Shown here one piece after another: positions 62,351 to 64,000 of a stretch of 64,000 nucleotides of DNA. The stretch is taken from contig OX597818.1 of the NCBI GenBank assembly GCA_951406725.2, positions 41,974,001 to 42,038,000 on the forward strand. Direction: 5' to 3'. Origin of the DNA: Octopus vulgaris. Lineage: Eukaryota. Each line of letters starts with the position of its first letter. Position 1 is the first letter of the stretch. A model generated the notes under the pieces. That model saw only the letters and a program-made list of their open reading frames with translations, did no database searches and had not been told where the DNA came from. The translations under genes were made by a program, and so were the position numbers.

Positions 62351-62883
62351 TTATGTCTTATTAGAAAACATAAGTGTACTCAGTACACACTTGTGATGAA
62401 AGTGTGTAGGGATCAGTAATATATTTTTAATGTGCAGTATGACTGGTAAATATTAATCCATATCTGTGCTTCACTCAACTCACATCACACAAGAACAAAG
62501 CTGTTTTCATTAGTAAAGATAAAAGAATAGAAAGTGGCTGGTGTTGTAGCCATTGATCATGTTACAGACACACTCAGAGTTTTAGTAGCTGTTAGATTAA
62601 GTAGCATATCAGGAAGTTTTTCTCTTAAAGTTTTACAATAGAAATTTGGTGGTATGTTGACAGATTGAAATTTGTTCAGACTTAGGATAAGGTTAGGGTG
62701 ACATTATGTATTACATACAGTTTCTCTATGATGTTAAGATCATTTATGAAAGACTAGTGAATCTAAGACCAATCATTTTATATTTACTCTATTTTTCTTA
62801 TTGCTTGTCTCCAAAATAAATATTGATAAAATCAAAACAGTTTATGTTTTATGGTGCAGTGTCAGAATAACCTGCTGTGTTAA

Positions 62884-63103
62884 CCATTTTGTTGCTGTAT
62901 TTATTTTGAGATGCTCTGCATTTCTCTCAATTACTTGAAATATAACAAAGAATTTAGTAAAATAACCTAGTTATCATTCAGCTAGTATTAGGAACATAAA
63001 TAGCGACTAAGGTTTGATGGAAAATTTTTATTCAAAACTTATGAAAACAAGATATTTGTACTCAGAACCAGAGCTGGTTTCAGCTGGGTTGGTAGCAAAA
63101 GGG
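62884..63103. mobile_element. piggyBac-type MITE (58149 family)
   Basis: TTAA flanks; colinear with 58149-58360. Confidence 0.85.
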
Positions 63104-64000
63104 TTAATGGAGTCAAGTTTTAGATGAGTGATTCACAAGGTCTGTGTAGTTATTAGAAGCTTTTATAGCTATTATATCACCACAGTAGACAATACTCTTT
63201 CAGAGACATATTCCTGTAGGTAAAAATGACTTATGTATTGTACATATGCAAAGTGAGTCTTTGTATCTGGTTATATTACATATGTTCATTATGATAGAAA
63301 AATTTGTGGTTTCTGTTGAAAAATGACTTAGTACAGTCAAAATTTACAGAGTAAGCACATAGCTCTTTTGTTTACTTCTTTCCTTTTATGAACATAGTTT
63401 TACTGCCATGCAAAATAAGTAGTGTGAAATCCAAGTATGGATTAAAAATTTCAACCTCACTCACAAAAACACATGCATGCAAGCTCTGTATTATGTGTTA
63501 TTGGTGAGTTTACAAATGAACACAGTATAAGTTAGCACAATTATGTGGTATGTGTAATTAATATATCATTAGTACATATGTGAATTGGTTCATCTGTGTG
63601 TATATACGCAAACCTACATCTTCCTCCTCCTATCATCTTCTTCCTCATCACTGTCATCAATTTATATATATTATATATATATATTTATATATACACATGG
63701 ACGTATATATAAATACATATATATATAATATATATATTACCAATTATATACTTTTTATTTATTATTTTTTACTTTACTCAATATGTTTTTATTGTAAATC
63801 TAATTTTCTTTCTATATGTTATAATTTAATTATATCATTGTTATTTCATTGATGAATTGATAAAAGGTTGGTTCTTCTCTAATTTATATACATATATTAT
63901 ATATTGTGAAATTTGATTTAGCATTACTAAATTCAATTTTTCCCCGTAAGTTTGGAATAATATTCCCTAATATTATATATATATATATATATATATAAAT

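Noticed and set aside
56223-64000. Upstream exons of the protease (for example SRCR, kringle or LDLa domains)
   Set aside because: No Cys-patterned open exon with suitable splice sites was found by eye; the candidate at about 58030-58130 has stops in all three frames.

Overview
AT-rich, intron-rich animal genomic DNA. The SINE/LINE repertoire suggests a coleoid cephalopod such as Octopus (inference). Three spliced genes were reconstructed by hand from splice sites and reading-frame phase. (1) LCMT1 is on the minus strand with 4 exons in the window, runs off the left edge, and needs a GC-AG intron. (2) POLD3 is on the plus strand, complete from 11168 to 45264, head-to-head with LCMT1 across a 596-bp promoter; it contains a tandemly duplicated 63-nt exon with both copies intact. 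(3) The catalytic domain of a trypsin-type, neurotrypsin-like serine protease is on the minus strand (56222-45651), tail-to-tail with POLD3, with a +1 frameshift in one exon. Introns are filled with RTE LINE 3' tails, tRNA-derived SINEs, piggyBac, mariner, hAT, Helitron, HERO and Penelope-like remnants (some with minimal hammerhead-like motifs), foldback repeats and microsatellites. Most ORFs in the supplied track are spurious repeat translations. Repeat boundaries are approximate unless a TIR or TSD is quoted.
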